A DNA stretch of 64,000 nt, from the NCBI GenBank assembly GCA_048939995.1, contig JBHLOY010000003.1, forward strand, positions 64,001-128,000. The letters are read 5' to 3'. Below the pieces are notes generated by a model. The model was not told the DNA's origin. It did not search any database and saw nothing but the letters and a program-made list of their open reading frames with translations. The position numbers were made by a program, and so were the translations under genes. Source of the stretch: Promethearchaeota archaeon (GTDB lineage Archaea; Asgardarchaeota; Lokiarchaeia; Sigyniarchaeales; SOKP01). Of this stretch, positions 49,662 through 59,009 are shown one piece after another (position 1 is the first letter of the stretch; every line of letters starts with the position of its first letter).

Positions 49662-50816
49662 GTGAGACAAGAAATGCAAAAAGTAGGTATCGTTGGATAT
49701 TATCAAGTGAAATTGTATTCAGATGCTAATTATGGCAGATATGAGATGATCTTTGAGGCAGTAAGAGGAGCTCTGGACAGTGTGGGGTTAAAAAAAAAAG
49801 ACATATCGACTGTTGTATCAGCAACAAATGACTATTATGATGGACGAACTATCTCTAATGCACTTACTGTAGAACCTGGAGGAGGATATTTAGTTGATGA
49901 ATCTAAGGTAGAAATGGATGGTGCTTATGCGGTATTATATGGATTGATGAGAGTTTTATCTGGTAATCATAAATTGGCAGTTGTGTGGGGTGGAAGTATG
50001 GTATCATGCTTTCCTTATCATAGTGCACGATTATATGAAACAGATCCCACATGGGAGCGGCCACTTGCTTATGTGAATGATATAACCTCAGCAGGGTTTC
50101 AGATGAGAGCTTATATGGAGAAATATGGAGTAACTGCTGAAGAAATCGCTGAAATTGCTGTTAAAAATCATAATAATGCCTCAAAGAACCCTTTAGCTTT
50201 ACAAGAAGCTCAAAATCCAAATTTATCAGTTAAAGATATTTTAAGTTCAGAAATGTATGCTGATCCGGTGACAGAATTAATGGTAGCTCAACCATGTGAT
50301 GGTGTAGCCGCGTTATTACTAGCACCAGAAAAACAAGCATTGAAGATTACAGATAATCCTATATGGATCACAGGCGTTGGTTTTAACCAAGAAACTTATT
50401 ATCTTGGTGATAGAGATTTATCAATAAGCAAATCAATGGAATTAGCAGGTAAAATGGCTTTTAATTCAGCAGGAATTAATGATCCCATGAGTCAAATTGA
50501 TGTAGCTGAGATATTTGAGGCTTATGCACACGAAGAATTAATTCTTAGCGAAGCTCTGGGATTGACTGAAAAAGGAATGGGATATTCCTTAAATACTGAA
50601 ATTGGAGGAGATCTACCCATTAATCCTTCTGGAGGGGCTATTGGCGGAAATCCTCCTTGTGCCGCAGGATTAATAAGAATTATTGAAGCTACTAAACAAT
50701 TGAGGGGGGAAGCAAACGGATATCAAGTCAAGGGAGCAAAAAGAGCTATTGCTTCAGGTCAAATAGGACTTTGTGCCCAAAATAATATAATTTATGTATT
50801 AGAAGGAGGTAATTAA
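49662..50816 (+). CDS. thiolase-fold protein without catalytic Cys (Ltp4-like)
   Basis: ESKVEMDGAYA, QPCDGVAA, INPSGG; likely start ATG at 49674. Confidence 0.85.
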   Translation: MRQEMQKVGIVGYYQVKLYSDANYGRYEMIFEAVRGALDSVGLKKKDISTVVSATNDYYDGRTISNALTVEPGGGYLVDESKVEMDGAYAVLYGLMRVLSGNHKLAVVWGGSMVSCFPYHSARLYETDPTWERPLAYVNDITSAGFQMRAYMEKYGVTAEEIAEIAVKNHNNASKNPLALQEAQNPNLSVKDILSSEMYADPVTELMVAQPCDGVAALLLAPEKQALKITDNPIWITGVGFNQETYYLGDRDLSISKSMELAGKMAFNSAGINDPMSQIDVAEIFEAYAHEELILSEALGLTEKGMGYSLNTEIGGDLPINPSGGAIGGNPPCAAGLIRIIEATKQLRGEANGYQVKGAKRAIASGQIGLCAQNNIIYVLEGGN

Positions 50817-50818
50817 AA

Positions 50819-52066
50819 ATGGGAAGGCAAGTGTGCGTTGCAAGTGCAGGTTTTAGCGAACATGCTTCTAAGCGGTCAGATGTAAACATGCCGGAATTAG
50901 TAAGTGAAGCGATAGATGATTGTCTTAAAAAGATTCCCAGCCTTGAATTAAAAGACATTGATGCTTTTGTAAATGGGAATATGCCAGCATTTGAAGGATC
51001 AAATATTCCTGAACTATGGATGACAGATTGGATGGGTGCCAGAAATAAACCTGTAATGCGAGTAACTACAGGGGGAACTACAGGTGGTTCAGTATCTATT
51101 GCTGGATACTATTCTGTTGCTGCAGGATTACCTGGAATTGATACCGTATTAGCTATTGCTTTTGAACAACAATCTCAGGGTGATACAAGCGTTGGATTGG
51201 CTAGTACTGCTTATGGAGAAATTTCTGTTATGAACTCATTAGGTATACCTTATGATCAATTAACAATCATTTTATCGGGTGGTGCTGCTATTGGTATAGC
51301 TTCTTATCAAGCTACTAATTATATGCGTAAAAGTAAGATTACAGAAGAAGATTTAGCCCGAGTCGTAGTTCAAAACAGGCATAATGCTGCGAAAACATGG
51401 TGGGCTCATCTTAAAATGCCCGATCTTACTATTGAAGATGTTTTAGATACACCTTATATTTCATATCCTTTAAGATATGGAATGGTTTGTCCAGCCTCTG
51501 ATGGAGCATGTGCCATGCTTTTCACAACTGAAGAATACGCAAAGGAAATATGTGATATTCCCGTATATGTGAACGGAGTGGGCAGTGTTGCTAATGAAAC
51601 TGCTCTTATTGGATATGGAGGCAGTGGATCGGGACAGCTAGACCTTTCTGAACAACTGGGAGCTCAATTAACCTCTGACTTAGCCTTTAAGCAAGCTGGT
51701 ATTCACTTTCCAAGAAAAGAAATTGATTATGCTGAAGTCTATTCACCCTTTCCTAATCAAGAACTCATGTGGGTTGAAAAATTGGGGTTATTCGAACAAA
51801 ATACGGCACCAATTATGTATGAAACAGGGATAACAGCTTTAGATGGTGAATTGCCCATCAATTGTTCAGGAGGCGTCAATTCTACTAATGCTATTGGCGC
51901 ATCGGCATTGGAAAGACCTGCTGAAGCAGCTTTGCAAATTATGGGAAAAGCAAGTAACCAAATCCCTAAAACAGTGCACACATCATTAGGTCATGGATGG
52001 GGAGGGTATGTTAACTTAGTCACCATGATGGTTATGGCTGATGAACCAGCTAGAAAATATAAATAA
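50819..52066 (+). CDS. thiolase-fold protein without catalytic Cys (Ltp3-like)
   Basis: RVTTGGTTGGS, CPASDGACA, INCSGGV, HGWGG. Confidence 0.85.
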   Translation: MGRQVCVASAGFSEHASKRSDVNMPELVSEAIDDCLKKIPSLELKDIDAFVNGNMPAFEGSNIPELWMTDWMGARNKPVMRVTTGGTTGGSVSIAGYYSVAAGLPGIDTVLAIAFEQQSQGDTSVGLASTAYGEISVMNSLGIPYDQLTIILSGGAAIGIASYQATNYMRKSKITEEDLARVVVQNRHNAAKTWWAHLKMPDLTIEDVLDTPYISYPLRYGMVCPASDGACAMLFTTEEYAKEICDIPVYVNGVGSVANETALIGYGGSGSGQLDLSEQLGAQLTSDLAFKQAGIHFPRKEIDYAEVYSPFPNQELMWVEKLGLFEQNTAPIMYETGITALDGELPINCSGGVNSTNAIGASALERPAEAALQIMGKASNQIPKTVHTSLGHGWGGYVNLVTMMVMADEPARKYK

Positions 52067-52075
52067 AAATAGAGG

Positions 52076-52615
52076 ATGAATAAAATGTCTAAAAGAACTT
52101 TAAGAAAATCAATGGATTATATTAAAAAGGAATATGTGAGAACACGAACCTTACCAGCGAGTTGGTATTTAACTAGTTATAGATTCAAGTTTAACATTAC
52201 TCACATGAAACCCTTTCTTGATAAATTAAAGCAAAAAAAGCTAATTGGAAATCAATGTTCAAGTTGTAATAAAGTCTATTTCCCACCAAGACAAATCTGT
52301 GGTAAATGCCTTGTGAAACCAGATAGATGGATTGATTTGCGTGAAACCGGAAGGATTGCTTCTTTTACAGCAACCTACTTAAAAGACTCTGAAACTGGTG
52401 AAGTGATCGAAAGACCTATTGTGTGTGCTCAATTAGATGGTGCTGATACTTCATATCCAGCACAATTAGATTCTAGTATTGAATTTAAGGACACTTATAT
52501 TGGTATGCCTATAAAGGTTCATTGGGCAGAAGATATCAAGGGAGGAATGATGGATATCGAATATTATGATCCTATCGAAGATGATGCTAAAGATTTAATA
52601 TCTAAAGGAGAATAA
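52076..52615 (+). CDS. DUF35 Zn-ribbon/OB-fold protein
   Basis: GNQCSSCNKVYFPPRQICGKC, IGMPIKVHW. Confidence 0.92.
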   Translation: MNKMSKRTLRKSMDYIKKEYVRTRTLPASWYLTSYRFKFNITHMKPFLDKLKQKKLIGNQCSSCNKVYFPPRQICGKCLVKPDRWIDLRETGRIASFTATYLKDSETGEVIERPIVCAQLDGADTSYPAQLDSSIEFKDTYIGMPIKVHWAEDIKGGMMDIEYYDPIEDDAKDLISKGE

Positions 52616-52641
52616 CATAATCTATTTATTAAAATTTTTAT

Positions 52642-54315
52642 TTATTCCAAGATTATTCCCTCTAGTGGGTTTAACCTTAGTTTTTTCTTATAATTATTTG
52701 AGTCTAGAACAATTCGATTAACTAAAGTCGAAAATAATAATTTATCTTGCTTTGGACAATCTATCATTATAGCTTTTTTAGAAAAATTCAGATAAACTAT
52801 TACTTGATCCCCATCAATAAATCTACGATAAGCTAAATATTTATTCTTTAATTTATTAACATTTAAGAATTCAAATGATCCTTCCGATAATGATCTTTTT
52901 TCTCTACGTATTTTCAATAATTTCCTATAAGTATTAAAAAGTGAGTCGGGATTCCCTACCTCCTGTTCAACGTTAATTAATTTATATGAGTCCGGTATTC
53001 TTAACCATGGTTTTATTATCCCATTTACACTAAAACCGGCATTTGGTTCAGGGTTCCATTGCATAGGCGTTCGGCATCTATCACGTGTCAGTGAAAATCC
53101 AAGAATTCGTGCTAGAAAAGAGATAGGAAAAACTGAAAATTTATTAGCTATTGGATCTTGACTTTCTTCTAATTTAAAATAAACATTTGACATCCCTATT
53201 TCTTCTCCATAATAGATAAATGGTATTCCCCTTAGAGTGAGTTGTAAGGTCGCCAATAATTTAGCTTTTTGAATATCACCGTTTACGAGGGAAATATATC
53301 GGTCTCTATCATGATTTCCATATACGTAGGTTGGTGTAAAAGGAGGTGATAATGCTTTTTCTATTCTAGAAATTATCCTTCTAATTTTTTTTGGATTAAA
53401 AGATGGTATTGTAGAGGTAAACTCGAATAAGAAAACTGTGTGTAATCCATTATTCTTTGGACCATAATATTTTGCTAATTCTTCAATAGTCCCAAAAGCC
53501 TCGCCCACTAAAAATCTTTCTGGCTTATATTCGTCCATTATACTTCTTAAATCCATTGCAAAATCAAATGTTTCAGGAAGATTTAAATCATATTGATGTC
53601 GGTGAAATAAGGTATCAACATGAGTATCGGAAGGTAGTAATCGCCAACTCAACTTATCATTCCTTAATTGCTTATCTTCGAAAATTGAATGTAAAATGTC
53701 CAATCTAAACCCATCTACTCCTTTATCAAGCCAAAAACGCATTGTTTTAAACATTTCTTCCTTAACTTGTGGATTTCGGTAATTTAAATCTGGTTGGAAG
53801 GGTAAGAAATGAAAATAATACCATTGATCGGTTTTTTCATCATATTTCCATGCAGATCCTCCTATCATAGATTTCCAGTTATTTGGAGGTTTTTTTCCAT
53901 TAGGTTTTTTACCATCACGCCAGATATACCAATCCCGCTTTGGATTATCTTTGCTAGAAGCTGATTCTTTAAACCATAAATGTTTATTTGAAGTGTGATT
54001 AAGTACAAGATCTAAAACCATTCTCATATTTTTACTATGCATTTTCGAAAGTAGCTCGTTAAACTCTTTCATGGATCCATATATTGGATCTATAGAGCGG
54101 AAATCTGAAACATCATAACCGTGATCAGCTTGAGGAGATTCGAAAAAAGGGCTAAACCAAATAGTTTCAACTCCAAGATCTTCATTTAAGTAATCCAATT
54201 TCTCTATTATTCCTTTTAGATCTCCTATACCATTACCAGATGTATCTCTAAAACTTCTAGGATAAATTTGATACACGACTGTTTTTTGCCACCATTTTAA
54301 TTTATCCCCATTCAT
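52642..54315 (-). CDS. GH13 alpha-glucosidase / oligo-1,6-glucosidase
   Basis: WWQKTVVYQIYPRSF, DLVLNHTS, QPDLN, GFRLD, VGE, NHD; likely start MNGDK at 54315 (ORF track 54354). Confidence 0.95.
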   Translation of the reverse strand: MNGDKLKWWQKTVVYQIYPRSFRDTSGNGIGDLKGIIEKLDYLNEDLGVETIWFSPFFESPQADHGYDVSDFRSIDPIYGSMKEFNELLSKMHSKNMRMVLDLVLNHTSNKHLWFKESASSKDNPKRDWYIWRDGKKPNGKKPPNNWKSMIGGSAWKYDEKTDQWYYFHFLPFQPDLNYRNPQVKEEMFKTMRFWLDKGVDGFRLDILHSIFEDKQLRNDKLSWRLLPSDTHVDTLFHRHQYDLNLPETFDFAMDLRSIMDEYKPERFLVGEAFGTIEELAKYYGPKNNGLHTVFLFEFTSTIPSFNPKKIRRIISRIEKALSPPFTPTYVYGNHDRDRYISLVNGDIQKAKLLATLQLTLRGIPFIYYGEEIGMSNVYFKLEESQDPIANKFSVFPISFLARILGFSLTRDRCRTPMQWNPEPNAGFSVNGIIKPWLRIPDSYKLINVEQEVGNPDSLFNTYRKLLKIRREKRSLSEGSFEFLNVNKLKNKYLAYRRFIDGDQVIVYLNFSKKAIMIDCPKQDKLLFSTLVNRIVLDSNNYKKKLRLNPLEGIILE

Positions 54316-54420
54316 AGATATTTCAATAATTAAAACCATAAAATCTTTTTTCATTAATATGAGATGTAATCTATAATTTTGGGAAAAGTATAAATTACTT
54401 TTAATTAATTAATATAAATT

Positions 54421-54942
54421 ATGGAATCAATGATTGAATTTATCAAATCAAGAAAGAGCGTAAGAAATTTTATATATCAAAAGATTGATAATGATACCAT
54501 AAAAGAACTTATAGAATGTGGACGTTGGGCACCTTCAGGCCAAAATAACCAACCTTGGAAAGTTTGTATTGTTGTCCATCCTACTGTTAAAAGAATGATT
54601 GCTGAACAATCTCAAAATGGAGGTATTATAGAAAGCGCATATGTAAATTTCGTTATTTTTTTAGATCTTGAACGTTGTTATGATCGGACAAAGGATCTTC
54701 AGTCTATTGGTGCCTTTATCCAAAATATTCTCTTAGCTGCTCATGCTAAAGGATTAGGGGCTGTATGGATAGGGGAGATATTAAAGAATAAGGAAAAAAT
54801 AAATGAAATTTTTAAATTAGCAATAGATAAATTTGAGCTTATGTGTGTAATCGCATTAGGGGTTATTGATGAAGCAATGGAGGCAAAACGTAAAGAAGAG
54901 AGAAAAAGAAGATTAATCGATAGCTTCATAGATTGGTACTAA
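54421..54942 (+). CDS. nitroreductase family protein
   Basis: SRKSVRNF, APSGQNNQPW, QNILLAAHAKGLGAVWIG. Confidence 0.95.
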   Translation: MESMIEFIKSRKSVRNFIYQKIDNDTIKELIECGRWAPSGQNNQPWKVCIVVHPTVKRMIAEQSQNGGIIESAYVNFVIFLDLERCYDRTKDLQSIGAFIQNILLAAHAKGLGAVWIGEILKNKEKINEIFKLAIDKFELMCVIALGVIDEAMEAKRKEERKRRLIDSFIDWY

Positions 54943-55097
54943 TCTAGAGTTATTATTTCGTATCTCTTTGATTTAAGTATTAAAATCTGTATTGATTTTA
55001 CTTTTGTTAATAAGTACTACACCATTTAATTTTCCTATAGCTATTAAAAAGTTAAATTAGATAGCCCTTTTAATCAATAATCTAATTTTGAAGAATT

Positions 55098-56375
55098 ATG
55101 AAAAAAGAAGAGCGATATACACATGATTTTAATAATATGATTAAAATCGTAATTTTTAATAGTTTTGGGTTCTTTTTCTTAGAATTTATAATTCCTTTTT
55201 ACGTTAGTCAAGTATTAGGAGCAACAAATATAGAATTAGGGATTATTTTCTCCATGAATCTTGTTGGTCATATAATAAGTTCTTCTTTTACTGGTATTTT
55301 AACCGATAGATTGAAATCAAAAACAAGACTAATTTTACTCGGTTCCTTTGGACGAGGTATCGCATATTTTTGGCTTTATGGAGCATTCATTTTAAATTCT
55401 CTTTTAGGTATAATGCTGGGAAACTTTTTTATTGGCTTTTTTGTTGGGTTTTTTTGGATACCTTTTGATACCTTAATAGCTGAAAAATCGAACAAAAATA
55501 ACCGCGCTAATGCATATGGGAAAAGAAATTCAGCAATAGGTATAGGGATGTTAATAGGTTCCTTAATAGGTTTTCCCATTTTTAGTTATCTAATTTCCAT
55601 TTCATCAAATGCATCTTTAATTTATATTCCTATTGTGTTTTTCGGGATTTCAAACTTCTATGCTGGAATTCAATTTATTAGAAAAGTTAATGAATCAATC
55701 AAATTCAGTAATTTTGGATTTGAATTTTCTAATAATGATAATATAAGAAGAGCTCCTAATTCATCAAGAAGTTTTCTATTTGGTCTAGTATTCATATCAT
55801 TAGTTCTATTCTTAGCCAATATTAATGGATCTCTCGCAAAACCGTTCTTAAATGTTTATCTTTTAGAAAATATTGTTAACGACCCTACGATTGCTGTTTG
55901 GGTGTATTTACCACCTGGGATAATATCAATGCTTTTAGCTCCTAAATTAGGAAATCTTGTTGATCGCTTGAAACCATCAATAGGAATTAGTGTTGCTAGC
56001 GCTTTAGGGGCCGGAATTACCTGGTTATTGATAAATACCAATAATGTTTTTCTCTTTTCTCTCCTTTTAGTTTTTGACATGACAATTGTGCATACTGCAA
56101 ACTTAGTTATACAAAACCTGTTAAGTAGAATATCTTTAAAGCATCGCGGGAAGATCTTTAGTTTATTTCGAGTATTTTTGAACGTAGGAAATGTAATTGG
56201 ACCCATATTGGGTGGTTTTGTATCGTTTTATGTAGGATTGAAATCCCCATTCATAATTTCAATTATAGTTGAATTGTGCTTAATACCTTTTTATGTCATT
56301 ACTTTGCTTGTTTTAAAACCATTTTTAAAAGAAAAGTATGAAAAAATCAAGGAATTTCATGAAGAGTTAGTCTAA
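55098..56375 (+). CDS. MFS transporter
   Basis: About 12 TMs; GILTDRLK and GNLVDRLK motif A; GPILGG. Confidence 0.92.
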   Translation: MKKEERYTHDFNNMIKIVIFNSFGFFFLEFIIPFYVSQVLGATNIELGIIFSMNLVGHIISSSFTGILTDRLKSKTRLILLGSFGRGIAYFWLYGAFILNSLLGIMLGNFFIGFFVGFFWIPFDTLIAEKSNKNNRANAYGKRNSAIGIGMLIGSLIGFPIFSYLISISSNASLIYIPIVFFGISNFYAGIQFIRKVNESIKFSNFGFEFSNNDNIRRAPNSSRSFLFGLVFISLVLFLANINGSLAKPFLNVYLLENIVNDPTIAVWVYLPPGIISMLLAPKLGNLVDRLKPSIGISVASALGAGITWLLINTNNVFLFSLLLVFDMTIVHTANLVIQNLLSRISLKHRGKIFSLFRVFLNVGNVIGPILGGFVSFYVGLKSPFIISIIVELCLIPFYVITLLVLKPFLKEKYEKIKEFHEELV

Positions 56376-56396
56376 TATCATAATCTTAATTATAAA

Positions 56397-57050
56397 TTAT
56401 AAATATAACCAAAAATGGAAAATCCTGGAAAAAATCGGGCCAATCCAATAGTAGAATTCAACCCAATAAATGTAAGTAAATCCCAGATATATTATAGCAT
56501 ATATAAACGCAAAGATAAAACCAAAAATTACATCTACAGGGAAATGAACTCCTAATACTAATCGTGAAATTGCCATTATAATATCTAAACTAAAAAAAAC
56601 TAAAAAAATGAACCAATTATTGAAATACCAAGCAAATATTATTCCAAAAAATAAGAAAAAAGTCACATGACCACTTGGAAAAGATTTCTGCTCAGATTCT
56701 GACATAAGATAAGGAATTCGAATAAATTCATCATGTTTTTTAACACCCTTACTTTCAAGAGTGATATAAGGTCGCTTTCTTCTTACTAAGCGGTATCGAA
56801 TTATGCTATGGATTATAATTGATTGGTCAAAGCCTCCCGTGAAAATCACTAAAAGATAATAATCCTTTGTTATGTAACCATAGATGAACCATGCTATCCA
56901 GATTACACCCCAGAAATATAAACTTCCGCAAAAACTATAAATTTTAGCAAAAGCTTTGGTTCGTTTGCTAAAATCACTATTATATAAGTTTAGAAAAACC
57001 TTAGTATCCCAATTCTCAAGTTTTTCTATATATTCTGAAATAATTGACAT
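56397..57050 (-). CDS. PAP2-family membrane phosphatase
   Basis: RKRP, SFPSGH, SRLVLGVHFPVDV. Confidence 0.93.
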   Translation of the reverse strand: MSIISEYIEKLENWDTKVFLNLYNSDFSKRTKAFAKIYSFCGSLYFWGVIWIAWFIYGYITKDYYLLVIFTGGFDQSIIIHSIIRYRLVRRKRPYITLESKGVKKHDEFIRIPYLMSESEQKSFPSGHVTFFLFFGIIFAWYFNNWFIFLVFFSLDIIMAISRLVLGVHFPVDVIFGFIFAFIYAIIYLGFTYIYWVEFYYWIGPIFSRIFHFWLYL

Positions 57051-57215
57051 AGCTTTGAATGGTCTTTGGATGATTTAACTTTATAAATTGAGCTATTAAA
57101 ATTTTATCCTACAATTAATAATTTTGATACTTTTAATCATCTTTATAGAAGTATCGATTATATATTTAAAAAACAATGCTTTAATCTAGAATATTAAAAA
57201 TATTATATATTCAAA

Positions 57216-57737
57216 GTGAAGATTATGAATGATTATAATTATGCTGGATTCTCTGAAGAACATCTACGCAGAATTGCCTTAAGAAAGGTACATTTTAGGA
57301 TGTCAGTAAAGATACATGTAGGAATTTTTATTGTAATTTCAACTTTAATGTTAATAATAAATTTGCTATTGACTCCAATGACATTTTGGATAATTTATCC
57401 TTTCTTTGCATGGTTAATCGGTGTTGCGGAACATATCACAGCTTATCTAATCTATGCTAAAGGGATATATCCCGGAGCTAAACAAGGTATTATACTGCAT
57501 CTTGTTGCGTATTTTTTCGTGCAATTACTTCTTCTTATTATAAATATTATGGTAACCCCTTTTTTTTATTGGGTTTTATTTCCAGCTATTTTTTGGGGTA
57601 CAGGATTGGCAATTCATTTATTATCCTATTTAACTTTCCAACGGTCTTCCAGTGATGAAGAAGGAGAACTAAAATCAAGAACTCAGCGTGCAGTCGAAAA
57701 AGAAATGGAAAAAATTAGAAAAAAAATGAATAACTAG
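57216..57737 (+). CDS. tandem 2TM-domain membrane protein
   Basis: Two H...IN...TP..W..P...W..G...H units. Confidence 0.8.
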   Translation: MKIMNDYNYAGFSEEHLRRIALRKVHFRMSVKIHVGIFIVISTLMLIINLLLTPMTFWIIYPFFAWLIGVAEHITAYLIYAKGIYPGAKQGIILHLVAYFFVQLLLLIINIMVTPFFYWVLFPAIFWGTGLAIHLLSYLTFQRSSSDEEGELKSRTQRAVEKEMEKIRKKMNN

Positions 57738-57753
57738 GAGTGTTGGTAAGTTA

Positions 57754-58269
57754 ATGTGGCTTGGTAAGTTTTTAGATTTAGAGGAAGACTTAAACGACTT
57801 AAAGAATAAAATAAAGAATGAAATTATGGAGAGTATAACAAAAAATAAAATCACCCCTCTTGAATTTACTATTATGGAAGCAATATTTAATAATAAAGAA
57901 TTATCAGGTTATGATATTATCCTAAATCTAAATAAACACTTTGCTGGTACGTGGATAGCTCAATCAGGAACAATTTATCCTATCTTATCCAAATTAAAGA
58001 AAGAAGGTTTTCTAAAATCTAGACCTATGAAAAGTCCAATTGGTCCTGTTAAGACAGTTTATTCATTAACAGAAGCAGGAGCACAAATCTTAAAAGAAAA
58101 GGTTAATAAGAACTTTGAGGATCAAATTAAATTCATTGAAAATTTTCTTGTTGAGTTATCTTCTATCTATATCCACTCCTACTCGAAAACTGAAAGAACT
58201 ATAAGAATTGAGGAAGTGCATAATATCTTAACTCAAACATTTGAAAGAATAAAAAAAAATATCCTTTAA
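57754..58269 (+). CDS. PadR-family transcriptional regulator
   Basis: SGYDI, SGTIYPILSKLKKEG, YSLTEAG. Confidence 0.93.
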   Translation: MWLGKFLDLEEDLNDLKNKIKNEIMESITKNKITPLEFTIMEAIFNNKELSGYDIILNLNKHFAGTWIAQSGTIYPILSKLKKEGFLKSRPMKSPIGPVKTVYSLTEAGAQILKEKVNKNFEDQIKFIENFLVELSSIYIHSYSKTERTIRIEEVHNILTQTFERIKKNIL

Positions 58270-58328
58270 CTACCTCTGACTAAAGAAAAGTTTTAAAAAA
58301 TTCAGAATAAAAAGAATAATTAAAAAAA

Positions 58329-58904
58329 TTATAAATCTTTTGAAGTAAATTTAATTAGGACAAACGTAAAAATTACCAAAATTATTCCAGTAACTAAATA
58401 TATTAATCTCCAATAGATCAATCCATAAGAATTAAATATCAAATATGGAATCAATATATTAGCTATAACGATTATTAAGGTAGTTATAATTTTTACTCTA
58501 CTTTCTTGGCCTAAAAATACATTTTTTGATATGAATTTTAAAGTCACTGGAATTGTAAATCCAAATAAGGCCCCGCTTAAAATAGTTATTAAAATGTAAA
58601 TTTCAAGTATGTAGGTTGATGCTAAATAAATAAGTGTAAGACCTGTAATGACTAAACTAAGGAGGACAGTAATGGTATTTGAAAGCTTATCTATAAATCT
58701 AGTACATATCAAAAATATGAAAATAAACACAATGAAGGATATTGAAGTGTATAATGCAATCATACTGACTGGCATAAACCAAGAGTAATAGTATTCGGGT
58801 ATATTAAGGGATGCAAATGAAATAAATGAGTAAATTGGTCCTAAAAGTACACTAAATGATATAAGCAGTTTGAAAACAAAATAATAAATATTTTTTTGAT
58901 TCAT
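58329..58904 (-). CDS. hypothetical membrane protein (half-MFS-like)
   Basis: About six TMs; RFIDKLS and YWRLIYLVTG resemble an MFS N-terminal half. Confidence 0.6.
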   Translation of the reverse strand: MNQKNIYYFVFKLLISFSVLLGPIYSFISFASLNIPEYYYSWFMPVSMIALYTSISFIVFIFIFLICTRFIDKLSNTITVLLSLVITGLTLIYLASTYILEIYILITILSGALFGFTIPVTLKFISKNVFLGQESRVKIITTLIIVIANILIPYLIFNSYGLIYWRLIYLVTGIILVIFTFVLIKFTSKDL

Positions 58905-58946
58905 AGAAATTATTTATATTGAATTCTTTAAATTTTTTTTGAAAAT

Positions 58947-58971
58947 GTGAATACACATAAAGTGTATTCAC
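58947..58971. promoter_or_regulatory. perfect 10-5-10 inverted repeat, candidate transcription-factor operator
   Basis: GTGAATACAC-ATAAA-GTGTATTCAC, just upstream of a TATA-like TTTATAAA (58981-58988). Confidence 0.6.
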
Positions 58972-59009
58972 TAGTAAAAGTTTATAAAGTTTTTAATATA
59001 CAAATTATT

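Noticed and set aside
58947-59009. GTG-initiated N-terminal extension of the surface protein
   Set aside because: It spans the inverted repeat and TATA-like box; the ATG at 59010 directly precedes the first TM
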